This document shows, piece by piece, positions 41,680 to 50,820 of a stretch of 64,000 nucleotides of DNA (the first letter of the stretch is position 1; every line of letters starts with the position of its first letter). Under the pieces are notes generated by a model. It did not search any database. It was given only the letters and a program-made list of their open reading frames with translations, and was not told where the DNA came from. Source of the stretch: Opitutales bacterium. GTDB taxonomy: Bacteria > Verrucomicrobiota > Verrucomicrobiia > Opitutales > UBA953. The DNA lies in NCBI GenBank assembly GCA_040398005.1, contig JBBAUX010000003.1:21855-85854 (forward strand). Reading direction: 5' to 3'. Position numbers and translations under genes: made by a program.

Positions 41680-44607
41680 CTACTGTGCTGCAGGAGCTGG
41701 AGCAGTAGGAGCGGCCGGAGTATTGTTAACCTCGATAGGCTCGCGGTAAACAGCACCACCTGGGGAAAGGATGACTGGATTGGAGAAGGTCGAACCTGCA
41801 CGCATTCCTGGGTAGTTACTACGAAGGGTCGCACCACCTGGGGAAACGAGGTTAGCAGTAACGAACACAGTGAGGTTACGTTTAACGGTAGACTTACTGT
41901 TGGATCGGAAAGCGTTACCAAGGAGAGGAATGTCGCCCAAGACTGGAACCTTGTCGTTCACGGTCTTAACTTCTTCGCGGGTTAATCCACCGATGACTAC
42001 CGTAGCACCGTCGAATACTGTAACGTCGGTTGTTACTTCGCGGGTGGTGAAGATAGGTTGGAAGAAACCAGAAGGCACTGAGACAGTTATCCCACCAGAG
42101 ATAGCAATCGAGGTTCCGCCGTATTCAACGAAGCCTTCGAACTCAACGACCTTAGGTTTAAGATTGAGGGCGATTGAGTCATCGGCACCGACGGTTGGAG
42201 TGACTTCTAAAGTCACACCCACGTCTTGTACGGTAAAGTCTTGAGGAGTACCAGCGGTGATCGCAACAGCGTCGCCACCCGTTGTGGTGGCCGCAGAAAC
42301 CTGGGCTTGGACGTCGCCGTACGACTGAGGATAGCGAAGTAATTGAGCAATTTTAACAATCGCCGTTTTACCATCTAACACCGTGAGACTTGGAGCGGAC
42401 ATTAAGTCTGCACCAGAGTTTTGCTCGATAGCTTTTAGGAAGATCGAGAGGTCATAAGAACCAATGGTTCCAATTTGGCTAGCAATACCACTGTCACCAC
42501 CAAAATTAGCTAATTTACCTCCGTAATTAGCAGTAGGGAATGCTGGAGGTAAGTTTTTTATAGGTGTAATTAAAGGAGGTGTGCCACTGAGAATCTGTCC
42601 ATCAATCGATGTTGAATTGCTTCCGAACACATCATTAATTGAACGGAGATTAGTTTGGGCACGAACACCGTTGGCATTTGATAGGCGCAGATTGCTGCTC
42701 AACTCATTAAGTGAAGATTCGGAAACTTCGATGAACTTAGCTTCGATGTGAACCTGTTTGATATCAGAGTAACGACGAAGAATATTACGGATGCGTTCAA
42801 GATTCTTACGATTCTGCGTAACAATGAGTGTCGTACCATCATAATTAAGCACCGCACCCTGAACTTCGAACGATACGCCCGAGCGAGTTAAGAAGTTTTT
42901 GATACCTTCATTGCGAGGGTTAACATCACCAGAGCCTGCGCCCGTGGTAGAGCTTGCGCCGAATGGATTAGCGGCTCCACCGGTGGTCGAAGCAGACACT
43001 CCAGTATTAAGACCAGTCATCTTAGTTTCAGCAGCGGAACTGAGTGGGAAGAATTCAGTTTCTAAATCGTTCGAACCAGAATCAGGACGAATTTCTAAAA
43101 TGCCTTGATTGATGGTGTAAGTGAAGTTGACCTGCTTAGTAATTAAATCGATCGCCTTCTCTAAAGAGACATTACGCAGGGTCATATTCACCGAAGGATT
43201 CTTACGGTCTGGATCAATCACCACCATGTTCACACCTTTATTTTCCTTATCGTAGGATTGGGAAATGTTGATGAGTTGGGTAATCGCGCGATCAAATGGC
43301 ATGTCGCGGATATTGATTTCTGGAACAGTGATTGAGCGGAGCTTATCAATGGTCGGATCCGTATCGGTCTTGCCCGTGGTGCCTGTTACTTCACGGTTGT
43401 AGACTTCAGGAAGTTTCCAACTCTCGTCGAGTAACTCGAACATCTTACCTTTGGTAACGCCACGATTCCATGCACCAGAATTTTCGGAGACGAATTGACG
43501 AATACGAACTTGGAAAGCTTTAGCTTCCGAGTTGTTTGGCTGGTACTGAAGAACTTCCCGATAAACGTCGAGCGCACCGGTGTAATCTCCGTAGAGATAA
43601 CGCGCGCGACCCTTAACTAAGAGTTCTTCGATTTTTTGATCTTTAGCGCGGAGACCAGGTGAAAGGTCTTCAATATTGCGGTAGGTGGGATCGGACTTCT
43701 TGTCGTTAAATTCTGCACGTAGTGCGACTGCCGTAGCTTCATCCACTTTTAAGTTTTCGAAATCTTTGATGTAACCATCGGCCTTGGTCATCTCGCGGGC
43801 CTCAATGGCGGCGAGGGCACGACGAGAATAAATAGCGGCTACGTCATTTTTGATGCGGGCAGCGAGTTTCGCGGTAGCGATGTTATTAGGCAGACCCTGT
43901 TTGGCCTTATCTAATTTTTCTTTCGCGGCGTCATAATCTTCATCACGGATTAAGTTTTCGGCCTCAACAACGAGCGCCGTCGAAGCGCTGATCTTAACAT
44001 CATTTAATTTGGCAATGCGGTCAATTTCAGCACGCGCAATAGCATCGGTTCCTTGGTCACCCGCTTCGCGACGACCTAAGATGTCTTGGCGAGTAAGCGC
44101 GATTTCGTCGCGTAATGTCTGTGCGGTTGGATTGCTAGGAAGGGCACCATTAGCACCATCGAGGATTCTGAGTGCTTCTTTGTAATTTGCTTGGTCGGCT
44201 GATTCCTTAGCCTTAGCGATGGCAGTCTCAACTTCGCGATAGAGATTTTGGTGAGATGATTCAACAGTGGTGATGAGATCGGTGGGTTTAGCTGGCTCGC
44301 TGGATTTGACCACAACAGGTTCTGCGACAACGGGAGTGCCCGACTTAGTTGCTTCAGCGGCGGAGATAGCCGCGTTAACCGAAGCTAAGCCCTCTTTGGC
44401 ACCTTCGTCCGCTTGATCTAATTTTTGGAGCGCTTCATAGCGGGCGCGTGCGGTTTTTAAGTCGCCTTCTTCGCGGGCCTTGAGTGCCTCGGAAAGAATT
44501 TGGGTCTTTTGCTTAATCGGATCGCTGTCCTGAGCGATCAGCGAGCCAACCGCAATGACTGCGGCGAGACAGGCCCAAGCAAATGTGTTACGTGTGATAG
44601 TTTTCAT
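41680..44607 (-). CDS. Secretin (PilQ/GspD family) with a long N-terminal TPR-like helical region
   Basis: Has a signal peptide. The C-terminal secretin signature is VPVLGDIPLLGNAFRSNSKSTVKRNLTVFVTANLV. The N-terminal ~330 aa are Ala/Glu/Lys-rich helical repeats. Confidence 0.85.
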   Translation of the reverse strand: MKTITRNTFAWACLAAVIAVGSLIAQDSDPIKQKTQILSEALKAREEGDLKTARARYEALQKLDQADEGAKEGLASVNAAISAAEATKSGTPVVAEPVVVKSSEPAKPTDLITTVESSHQNLYREVETAIAKAKESADQANYKEALRILDGANGALPSNPTAQTLRDEIALTRQDILGRREAGDQGTDAIARAEIDRIAKLNDVKISASTALVVEAENLIRDEDYDAAKEKLDKAKQGLPNNIATAKLAARIKNDVAAIYSRRALAAIEAREMTKADGYIKDFENLKVDEATAVALRAEFNDKKSDPTYRNIEDLSPGLRAKDQKIEELLVKGRARYLYGDYTGALDVYREVLQYQPNNSEAKAFQVRIRQFVSENSGAWNRGVTKGKMFELLDESWKLPEVYNREVTGTTGKTDTDPTIDKLRSITVPEINIRDMPFDRAITQLINISQSYDKENKGVNMVVIDPDRKNPSVNMTLRNVSLEKAIDLITKQVNFTYTINQGILEIRPDSGSNDLETEFFPLSSAAETKMTGLNTGVSASTTGGAANPFGASSTTGAGSGDVNPRNEGIKNFLTRSGVSFEVQGAVLNYDGTTLIVTQNRKNLERIRNILRRYSDIKQVHIEAKFIEVSESSLNELSSNLRLSNANGVRAQTNLRSINDVFGSNSTSIDGQILSGTPPLITPIKNLPPAFPTANYGGKLANFGGDSGIASQIGTIGSYDLSIFLKAIEQNSGADLMSAPSLTVLDGKTAIVKIAQLLRYPQSYGDVQAQVSAATTTGGDAVAITAGTPQDFTVQDVGVTLEVTPTVGADDSIALNLKPKVVEFEGFVEYGGTSIAISGGITVSVPSGFFQPIFTTREVTTDVTVFDGATVVIGGLTREEVKTVNDKVPVLGDIPLLGNAFRSNSKSTVKRNLTVFVTANLVSPGGATLRSNYPGMRAGSTFSNPVILSPGGAVYREPIEVNNTPAAPTAPAPAAQ

Positions 44608-44625
44608 CGGAGCTTAAAGGGTATT

Positions 44626-45552
44626 TTATTTAGTAAGTTTGGTTTTGTCTTTTTCTTTGGAAGTGGGGGTCGCAGATTTGGGGTCTACGGGAGCAGGTAG
44701 GGATAAAACCTGTTGGTCGGATCTTTGGCCCTTTTTGGGGTCGAGAACGTACTTCTTCTCAACGGTCACGGTCTTGTTTACTAAGTCAATGTCTTTGATA
44801 ATGTAATGGGCTTTTTCGTGCTTAAAATCATCGCCTTTCTTATGGAAAGTCCATGATTTGGCTGGGTCATCGGTTGCGGCAATAACCACGTTGATTGTAT
44901 CCTTAAACTCGAGCGGTTTTTCATCGTTAATGGTAACCTTGCGACCCAATAATCTATCATCTAATACCAAAATCTTTTGTTGAAAGCCATCCGGCTGTTT
45001 AACGACCTTATACTCGAGGGGATAGACCGGAGTCTTATCGTTCAGAGGACGCTTTAAGCGACACTTCTCAAACCATTCCTTGGTTTGGGTATTCTCAATG
45101 GAAAACTCCCTGTCCTCTTCCTTGCCAGACTTTCCAGCAACGGTGGAGCGCAAGACGTAGGGGTAAGTGGGGTGACCAACGCTGACCAGCGAAACTCCAA
45201 AGGGTGGCAGAGGTATCACCTTCTTGTTCGCTGGAACGTACTCGGCTTGGGAAGGATCCCAGGCGATATCAATAGTGGTGAAGAGATCATAATCCCACCC
45301 GTCGTCATTTTCTTCGGGAGCCAGCCAATTATCTTTAATCTCTGAATTGAAAACTAATTTAGGGGTCGTGGGGTATTCAACACCGGCGGCAGATTGTTTT
45401 AATTCGGGAATCGCTTTTTCACGATCCTCATCCGCTGGAACCAACGGCTTTACGCCAGCCAGACCTTCACTCAAAGCCAACCAGCCTAGGCCTGCCAAAA
45501 TAAATACGACCAGTGCGATTAAAACAGCTAACACGTCTTTTTTGAAATTCAT
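44626..45552 (-). CDS. N-terminally anchored periplasmic protein in the PilP position of the secretin operon
   Basis: Has a TM anchor (VLAVLIALVVFILAGLGWLAL), a beta-rich body and a Lys-rich tail. It lies 18 nt upstream of the secretin gene. The functional call is positional only. Confidence 0.4.
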   Translation of the reverse strand: MNFKKDVLAVLIALVVFILAGLGWLALSEGLAGVKPLVPADEDREKAIPELKQSAAGVEYPTTPKLVFNSEIKDNWLAPEENDDGWDYDLFTTIDIAWDPSQAEYVPANKKVIPLPPFGVSLVSVGHPTYPYVLRSTVAGKSGKEEDREFSIENTQTKEWFEKCRLKRPLNDKTPVYPLEYKVVKQPDGFQQKILVLDDRLLGRKVTINDEKPLEFKDTINVVIAATDDPAKSWTFHKKGDDFKHEKAHYIIKDIDLVNKTVTVEKKYVLDPKKGQRSDQQVLSLPAPVDPKSATPTSKEKDKTKLTK

Positions 45553-45567
45553 AGTTGAGTGGGAGTT

Positions 45568-46659
45568 TTATTTTTTAGGCTCAGCGTCGGCAGCGGGCTT
45601 ATCTTCAGGAGCCGAAAGATAATCGATTTGTAGAGTCATTTCGGAAAAGTTTTGGTGAACAACCACTTTACGTTCTTCCTTGGCTGGAGCTATTGGAGTC
45701 GCGGAGGAACCTAAAACAGGAGAGGCGGTAAAGTCTAAAGGCTCGGCGGCAACCAAGTTAGCAACACCCATATTGGCAATCGCATTGGTTCCTAAAACCT
45801 TCAGCGACTCGGGCTGAGGATTATTAATTTCAATCGAAGTGATGACAATCGGACGTCCACTAGTTCTAATTTTGTTAATGAACGTGCGCAGCGTGGGAGT
45901 CGTTGCGATGAAACGAACTCGGAAAGAAAGTCCATCAACCAAGGGAGGATTACGGAGCGTACGGGTAGGTGTAAATTCGTCATTTTCACCGCGCGCGCCT
46001 TCCACGGGTCCAAAAGTACCCGCGTTGGGTTTTCCGGCAGCGATGACTTCATAAGTTTCAATCGGTTCGCGATCGATAGACTGTAATAAAATCGGACTGC
46101 GATTAGGCGTGTTAGGACGAGAGTCGACGAGAGTCTTATACAAAAAATCGATAATTTGTAATTGTTGGTCAACCTTGGCTAAGGTCGCACCTTTAGGAGA
46201 CGTACCCGGGTTGCGAATGTATCGGCGAAAACCGAATTCGCATTTTTCATTAGCGAGCATACGAATATCTTTATCCGCAGCTAACTTGGTCCACTCGTCC
46301 ACATTCTGTTTGATCGATGAAGCCAAATCGGAACTCGCTAAGTTTTCCTTCCCGACAAAACGGTTGGTCGACACTGCGGAAATAGCCAAGCGAAGATCGT
46401 CGCGCTGCTTTACCAGTGCATCGTAGTCTTGCTTCGAGGCACTGACATTTGTTGTCGTCAGAGAAACAGGAGGCACGCCAGAAATAATTTCCTGGCCCTT
46501 CAATAGCGTACGATAACTGCTTAATTGATTTTTGAGTTTCTTCTCTTCTTCCACCCGACTGTTATTGCTCAAAAAACAAAGCACTACGCCGGCCACAAAA
46601 CCAAGGGCGAGCAGGATGATAAGGATATAAAAGCCTTTATTCTTTTTAAAATTTTCCAT
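45568..46659 (-). CDS. N-terminally anchored coiled-coil protein in the PilO position; architecture resembles Akkermansia Amuc_1100
   Basis: Has a TM anchor (FYILIILLALGFVAGVVLCFL), a coiled coil, a ferredoxin-like segment LSFRVRFIATTPTLRTFINKI..IVITSIEI and an acidic/Pro tail. The Amuc_1100 resemblance is from memory and was not aligned. Confidence 0.4.
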   Translation of the reverse strand: MENFKKNKGFYILIILLALGFVAGVVLCFLSNNSRVEEEKKLKNQLSSYRTLLKGQEIISGVPPVSLTTTNVSASKQDYDALVKQRDDLRLAISAVSTNRFVGKENLASSDLASSIKQNVDEWTKLAADKDIRMLANEKCEFGFRRYIRNPGTSPKGATLAKVDQQLQIIDFLYKTLVDSRPNTPNRSPILLQSIDREPIETYEVIAAGKPNAGTFGPVEGARGENDEFTPTRTLRNPPLVDGLSFRVRFIATTPTLRTFINKIRTSGRPIVITSIEINNPQPESLKVLGTNAIANMGVANLVAAEPLDFTASPVLGSSATPIAPAKEERKVVVHQNFSEMTLQIDYLSAPEDKPAADAEPKK

Positions 46660-46664
46660 GGAAA

Positions 46665-48359
46665 TTAAAGAGTTTTTTCGGATTTAATTACCAGCGTGAG
46701 AGTGGTACGTGGAACATTAGCCTCCTTAGTGAAATCTACTTTAATTTCATCTTCAGGAATTTCGGCAACGAAGGGGGATTTCTTAAGGTTTTCTAATAAG
46801 GTAGCTTTACGCTCTTTAAATTCTTGGGCCTTGAAAGATTTTCCAGGGGGAACTTTTTCCAACAAGGTGCGGGTCGTGATCGTGATTTTGGTAACGTTAG
46901 TCGCGACCCTCGAAGCATCTGGATCTGTACTAGTCGTGGCGATGACGGCGGGCTCTCGACGAACCCGTAATTCCTCAATCCAAGTATTCTTAGCGGTGAG
47001 TACTCTTGACTGTAAATCAGCGAGGAAAATTGGCCAGTTTGGTGAACTGGAAACCACAAACTCCAATTGTTCATTAACCGCTAAGACCACTAGAGAATCT
47101 TCTCGGGTTTGTTTAATCGTCTTCTGGTAATTAATCAGTTCATCCGATTTTTTCTTAAGTGTCTTGGTTTGTTCTTTATTATAATCAACCCCAGCATTGA
47201 GCGTGAACAAGATAGGTACCGGGGCGAGTGCGAGGAGCAGAGCAGCGACCACGAATTTAATTTTTTGTGATTCGAAACTAATTTGTCTGGCGATATCGCG
47301 AGGAATTAAATTAACGCCGAGTGCCGCCGGTGAAAGTAATCGTGAGGCCTCTCCCACTACTTCCGAAAGCTGGTGAATATGCTGCATGACATATTCGGCA
47401 TTAATATCCGAGCTCAGTGAAATAACACCGAGCGGATTAAATTCTTCGACGGGTAAAGCGAGTGCTTCGCTCAACTGTTGGCTTAATCCAGGAACTTGGC
47501 TACTGCGACCCGTGATGACAATTTTGGTCGGACGACGACCCGAGCGCTTGATACTGATGAGGCGGCGATTAATATCCTGACTCAGTCGACGGTTAAAGCT
47601 TTGCTTGTTGGCCTCTAAAATAGCGAACTGGGGATCAGACTCGGGTAATTGAATGACGTGAGTGAAGAAACCTACCTTGAGCGACTCCGCGTTAATCACT
47701 GGCTGGCCGGTGTTATCCGAAATACCTTGAGTGAGTAAATTGCCACCAAGATTAGCGGCCTGAATGCTCGTTCCCTTCGAACTAATAAAGCTTAATCCTG
47801 TGGTGCGAGCACCTACGTTGATAAATAAAATTTCTTCATCATCAGCAATACCACCACTGACAAATTGTTGAGCCTGCACATCTAAAATCGGAGCGGCTTG
47901 GATGACTTGCGGACGAATACCAGTCAGCGCAATCGCGTTAGCAATCCGTCCAGCTTGATCCGTACGCAGAGCAAAAAGTAAAACTTCTGCCTCCACCCCG
48001 TCGGTCGACATAATCTGACTATCCCAAACCACTTCGTTGAGCGGATAAGGAATATTATTTTGCGCCTCAAAGGCGATGACCTGGGCCTGGCGGGCACTAT
48101 CTACTTGGGCGACTTTTAAAGATTTTTGTAAGAGTAAAAAACTGGGAACGATAACGGTAGCAGTGCCCTTGATATTTTTATTGGAAGCTAAACGAGCGAC
48201 GGCACTGGTCGCCGCATTAATCCATTCTTCATCACCTAGAGCCGGAGTTAAGTCCTCGGTGTAAAATTGTTCTAAAATTAACTTAGCGCCATCCGCACGA
48301 AAGGCCGAAATGGAAACGTGCGAAGCAGCGAGGTTAACGATTAAATTTTTCTTACTCAT
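46665..48359 (-). CDS. PilM-like actin-fold ATPase fused to a PilN-like TM/coiled-coil domain
   Basis: The first ~360 aa are FtsA/PilM-like (IVNLAASHVSISAF, INVGARTTGLSF, IVITGRSSQVPGL). A TM helix FVVAALLLALAPVPILFTL follows, then a coiled coil and an alpha/beta domain as in PilN. Confidence 0.65.
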   Translation of the reverse strand: MSKKNLIVNLAASHVSISAFRADGAKLILEQFYTEDLTPALGDEEWINAATSAVARLASNKNIKGTATVIVPSFLLLQKSLKVAQVDSARQAQVIAFEAQNNIPYPLNEVVWDSQIMSTDGVEAEVLLFALRTDQAGRIANAIALTGIRPQVIQAAPILDVQAQQFVSGGIADDEEILFINVGARTTGLSFISSKGTSIQAANLGGNLLTQGISDNTGQPVINAESLKVGFFTHVIQLPESDPQFAILEANKQSFNRRLSQDINRRLISIKRSGRRPTKIVITGRSSQVPGLSQQLSEALALPVEEFNPLGVISLSSDINAEYVMQHIHQLSEVVGEASRLLSPAALGVNLIPRDIARQISFESQKIKFVVAALLLALAPVPILFTLNAGVDYNKEQTKTLKKKSDELINYQKTIKQTREDSLVVLAVNEQLEFVVSSSPNWPIFLADLQSRVLTAKNTWIEELRVRREPAVIATTSTDPDASRVATNVTKITITTRTLLEKVPPGKSFKAQEFKERKATLLENLKKSPFVAEIPEDEIKVDFTKEANVPRTTLTLVIKSEKTL

Positions 48360-48374
48360 TCTTCAAAAAGTAGA

Positions 48375-49085
48375 TTATTTAGCAGATAAATCTTCCCGAA
48401 TGAATTCCGGGCTAGGAGGAACCACGTTGGGAACTTCAGGGTAGTTGACGAGGAATTGTGGACGCAGGATACCAGGATTATTTCCAGCACAACGGTCAGC
48501 GACGTCTTTAGCTCCATCGAAGTTTTTCTTTTGAGATAAGTCGCGAGAAATGGCGCGAGATTGCTCGGCAATTACACTGCCCTTCGCATCAAAAAGAGGT
48601 TCTTCATTTCCCGAAACTTCGGGCTGAACATAATAATAGTCGGGCTCTTTACGAAGATTGTCGCGCTTGACCACGTCCCCTGGCAAATAAAACGAAACAG
48701 TGCGCGGTTGGTTTACTTCGAGGGTTAAGATAGTGACCGCCGAGCGATAATAATTCCAATCTTCGGGCTTCGGCGATTTTGTTTTATAAACCTGCGTGAC
48801 CGTAAGTTTAATTTTATCGACCCAGGTTTTATTGAGTGCTTTGGGATCAGGATTATAATTGGCCGCAACCTCTACCTGCATGCGGTTCCAGGGGTTAATT
48901 TGTCCGCCTAATCTGTGCTGAAAAAACTTAACATCTTTGACCACAATTACCGATTTCAAAGTGGCAGACTGGGCCTTTTCGGACGCAGCATTACCCCCCT
49001 GTGTGGCGGTCGCTTGGGCGAACAGTCCTACAGGGAAAAAAACCAACACCAGGAGTACGGTGTGTACGGCTTTATTAAGGGGCAT
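48375..49085 (-). CDS. Secreted protein of unknown function, first gene of the secretin operon
   Basis: The ATG at 49085 is preferred (MPLNKAVHTVLLVLVFFPVGLFAQA signal peptide). It lies 15 nt upstream of the PilMN-like gene. Confidence 0.5.
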   Translation of the reverse strand: MPLNKAVHTVLLVLVFFPVGLFAQATATQGGNAASEKAQSATLKSVIVVKDVKFFQHRLGGQINPWNRMQVEVAANYNPDPKALNKTWVDKIKLTVTQVYKTKSPKPEDWNYYRSAVTILTLEVNQPRTVSFYLPGDVVKRDNLRKEPDYYYVQPEVSGNEEPLFDAKGSVIAEQSRAISRDLSQKKNFDGAKDVADRCAGNNPGILRPQFLVNYPEVPNVVPPSPEFIREDLSAK

Positions 49086-49151
49086 AAGCAATCTATCGGT
49101 AGGATACGCTGCCCTATTGGCAAATGTAAAAAGGCGGGAATTGAAATTTAG

Positions 49152-49168
49152 ATGCAAATAACTTGCAT
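49152..49168. promoter_or_regulatory. Candidate operator: perfect inverted repeat ATGCAA-N5-TTGCAT, 31 nt upstream of the metal ABC operon
   Basis: Read directly: atgcaa (49152-49157), ataac, ttgcat (49163-49168). It is flanked by two copies of atttaga (49146 and 49182). It sits in the 113-nt divergent region. Confidence 0.3.
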
Positions 49169-49198
49169 TAAGGCGGGGCGAGATTTAGACCTAATAAC

Positions 49199-50035
49199 AT
49201 GCTTCGATTGATCGTTCTTGGCGGCCTCTATTTGGGCATGATTATTGATGCCCAAGCGCAAATAACATCCAGCTTCACGATTATCGATTATTGGGTCGGA
49301 AAACTAGTGACTGGGACGGCCACTATTCATCAATCCATCATCCCTAGCGGCGGAGAACTGCATGGCTATCAATTAAGCCCATCGGATAGTCTAAAACTCT
49401 CTAAATCACAGGTAATCGTTGGCTTAAACCCTCATTCCGAACCTTGGCTAAACGATTGGATTAAGGCAAATAACCGCTCGGCTTCAGTCATTTGGATCAA
49501 TGAAAAGTTTGATCAGGTATCCCACCCTTGGATGAGTCCGGCCGTCTCAAAAGCCATGGTAAAAACACTCCATGACGGATTAATGATTCGAAAATTAAGT
49601 TCAGAAGTTAATCTAAATCAATTACTTAGAGAAATAAATGATGCCGAGCTATCAGTCCGCCGGGTATTTGCCACCGTTCCGGAAAATCGCCGAATCATCA
49701 TCACCCAGCACCCTAATCTATCGGCTTTTGCTGAGGCATTTAATCTCGAAGTGGCAGGCAGCATCCTCGAAAGCCCCGAAGCGGAATCCGCTGATCCGTC
49801 GGCGCAAAAATACTCTCAACTATTAAAACTCATCAAAGCCCGAAATATCCGGGTGATTACCTGCGACACCGGCCAAAATAATCGCGTAGCACAACAACTC
49901 ACCAAAGATGCAGAAATCAGTCCACCCCTCCCCCTTACCGTGGAGTACCTTGAAAAGAGTGGGACACCGGGCGATACTTGGCCAAGCATGATGCTCATCA
50001 ATGCTGAGAAAATTTCGGAAGCTCTTAAAAAATAA
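49199..50035 (+). CDS. Metal (Zn/Mn-type) ABC transporter substrate-binding protein (TroA/ZnuA cluster 9)
   Basis: Has a signal peptide and an ELHGYQ and HPW His-containing metal-site pattern. It is followed by ABC-3 components. Confidence 0.75.
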   Translation: MLRLIVLGGLYLGMIIDAQAQITSSFTIIDYWVGKLVTGTATIHQSIIPSGGELHGYQLSPSDSLKLSKSQVIVGLNPHSEPWLNDWIKANNRSASVIWINEKFDQVSHPWMSPAVSKAMVKTLHDGLMIRKLSSEVNLNQLLREINDAELSVRRVFATVPENRRIIITQHPNLSAFAEAFNLEVAGSILESPEAESADPSAQKYSQLLKLIKARNIRVITCDTGQNNRVAQQLTKDAEISPPLPLTVEYLEKSGTPGDTWPSMMLINAEKISEALKK

Positions 50036-50820
50036 TGTCTCCTCCCCCATCCCATTTAAGAAAACTATTTTCGGGAGCGTTCAATAATTTGTTTCCCGCC
50101 GTGCCGTATGCGGCGACCGAAACCAGTGAGTCCGGAGATTGGGCAGTGGAAGTTAAAAATCTCGCCGTGCAGATTAAATCTCAGAACTCGCCAGTTTTTT
50201 CCGACGTGAGTTTTGAAATCCCCGTCCACTGTCGCACCGCACTGATTGGTCCCAACGGTTCCGGAAAATCAACTCTACTTAAGACGCTAGCTGGACTGAT
50301 TCCCCAATACACCGGAGAGATTAAATTATTTGGCAGCCAGCCACGCCTCGGACGCAGTCGAATTGCCTACCTAGCGCAGAGTCCGCAATTAAATCCCGAT
50401 TTTCCACTGCAACTTAAAAGGCTCGTGCAAATGGGCACCTACGCGCACCACGGATGGTTTGAAGAGTGCCATCATGCCGACGAAAAAGTAGCTTCGGCCC
50501 TTAAACTTTTAGAGCTGGAAGATTTAGTGGATCGCTCGGTGCACAATCTTTCAGGCGGACAATTACAACGCGGCCTGTTAGCACGAGCCGCCGTGCAGGG
50601 TGCGGAGATTCTCCTCTTGGATGAACCCTATGCTGCGCTCGATACGAAAAGCAGAGAGATTGTGGAAAATTTTCTTTTTCACAAAGATAATTCCTTCACC
50701 GTGATTATGGCGACGCATGAAACGGCGGACTCGCAAAAATTCGATCGAGTCTTGGAGATTCGCGACGGGTGTTTAAAAACCACTCACGCCTGTGCGGGGC
50801 ATAAAAATCATCATGCTTAA
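50035..50820 (+). CDS. Metal ABC transporter ATP-binding protein
   Basis: Walker A GPNGSGKST, signature LSGGQLQR, Walker B LLLDEPYAALD. Confidence 0.9.
   Translation: MSPPPSHLRKLFSGAFNNLFPAVPYAATETSESGDWAVEVKNLAVQIKSQNSPVFSDVSFEIPVHCRTALIGPNGSGKSTLLKTLAGLIPQYTGEIKLFGSQPRLGRSRIAYLAQSPQLNPDFPLQLKRLVQMGTYAHHGWFEECHHADEKVASALKLLELEDLVDRSVHNLSGGQLQRGLLARAAVQGAEILLLDEPYAALDTKSREIVENFLFHKDNSFTVIMATHETADSQKFDRVLEIRDGCLKTTHACAGHKNHHA

Noticed and set aside
41584-42244. Plus-strand ORFs 41584-41985 and 41870-42244, and the minus ORF 41673-41921, overlapping the secretin 3' end.
   Set aside because: They overlap the conserved secretin C-terminal domain in other frames. No supporting signals were found.
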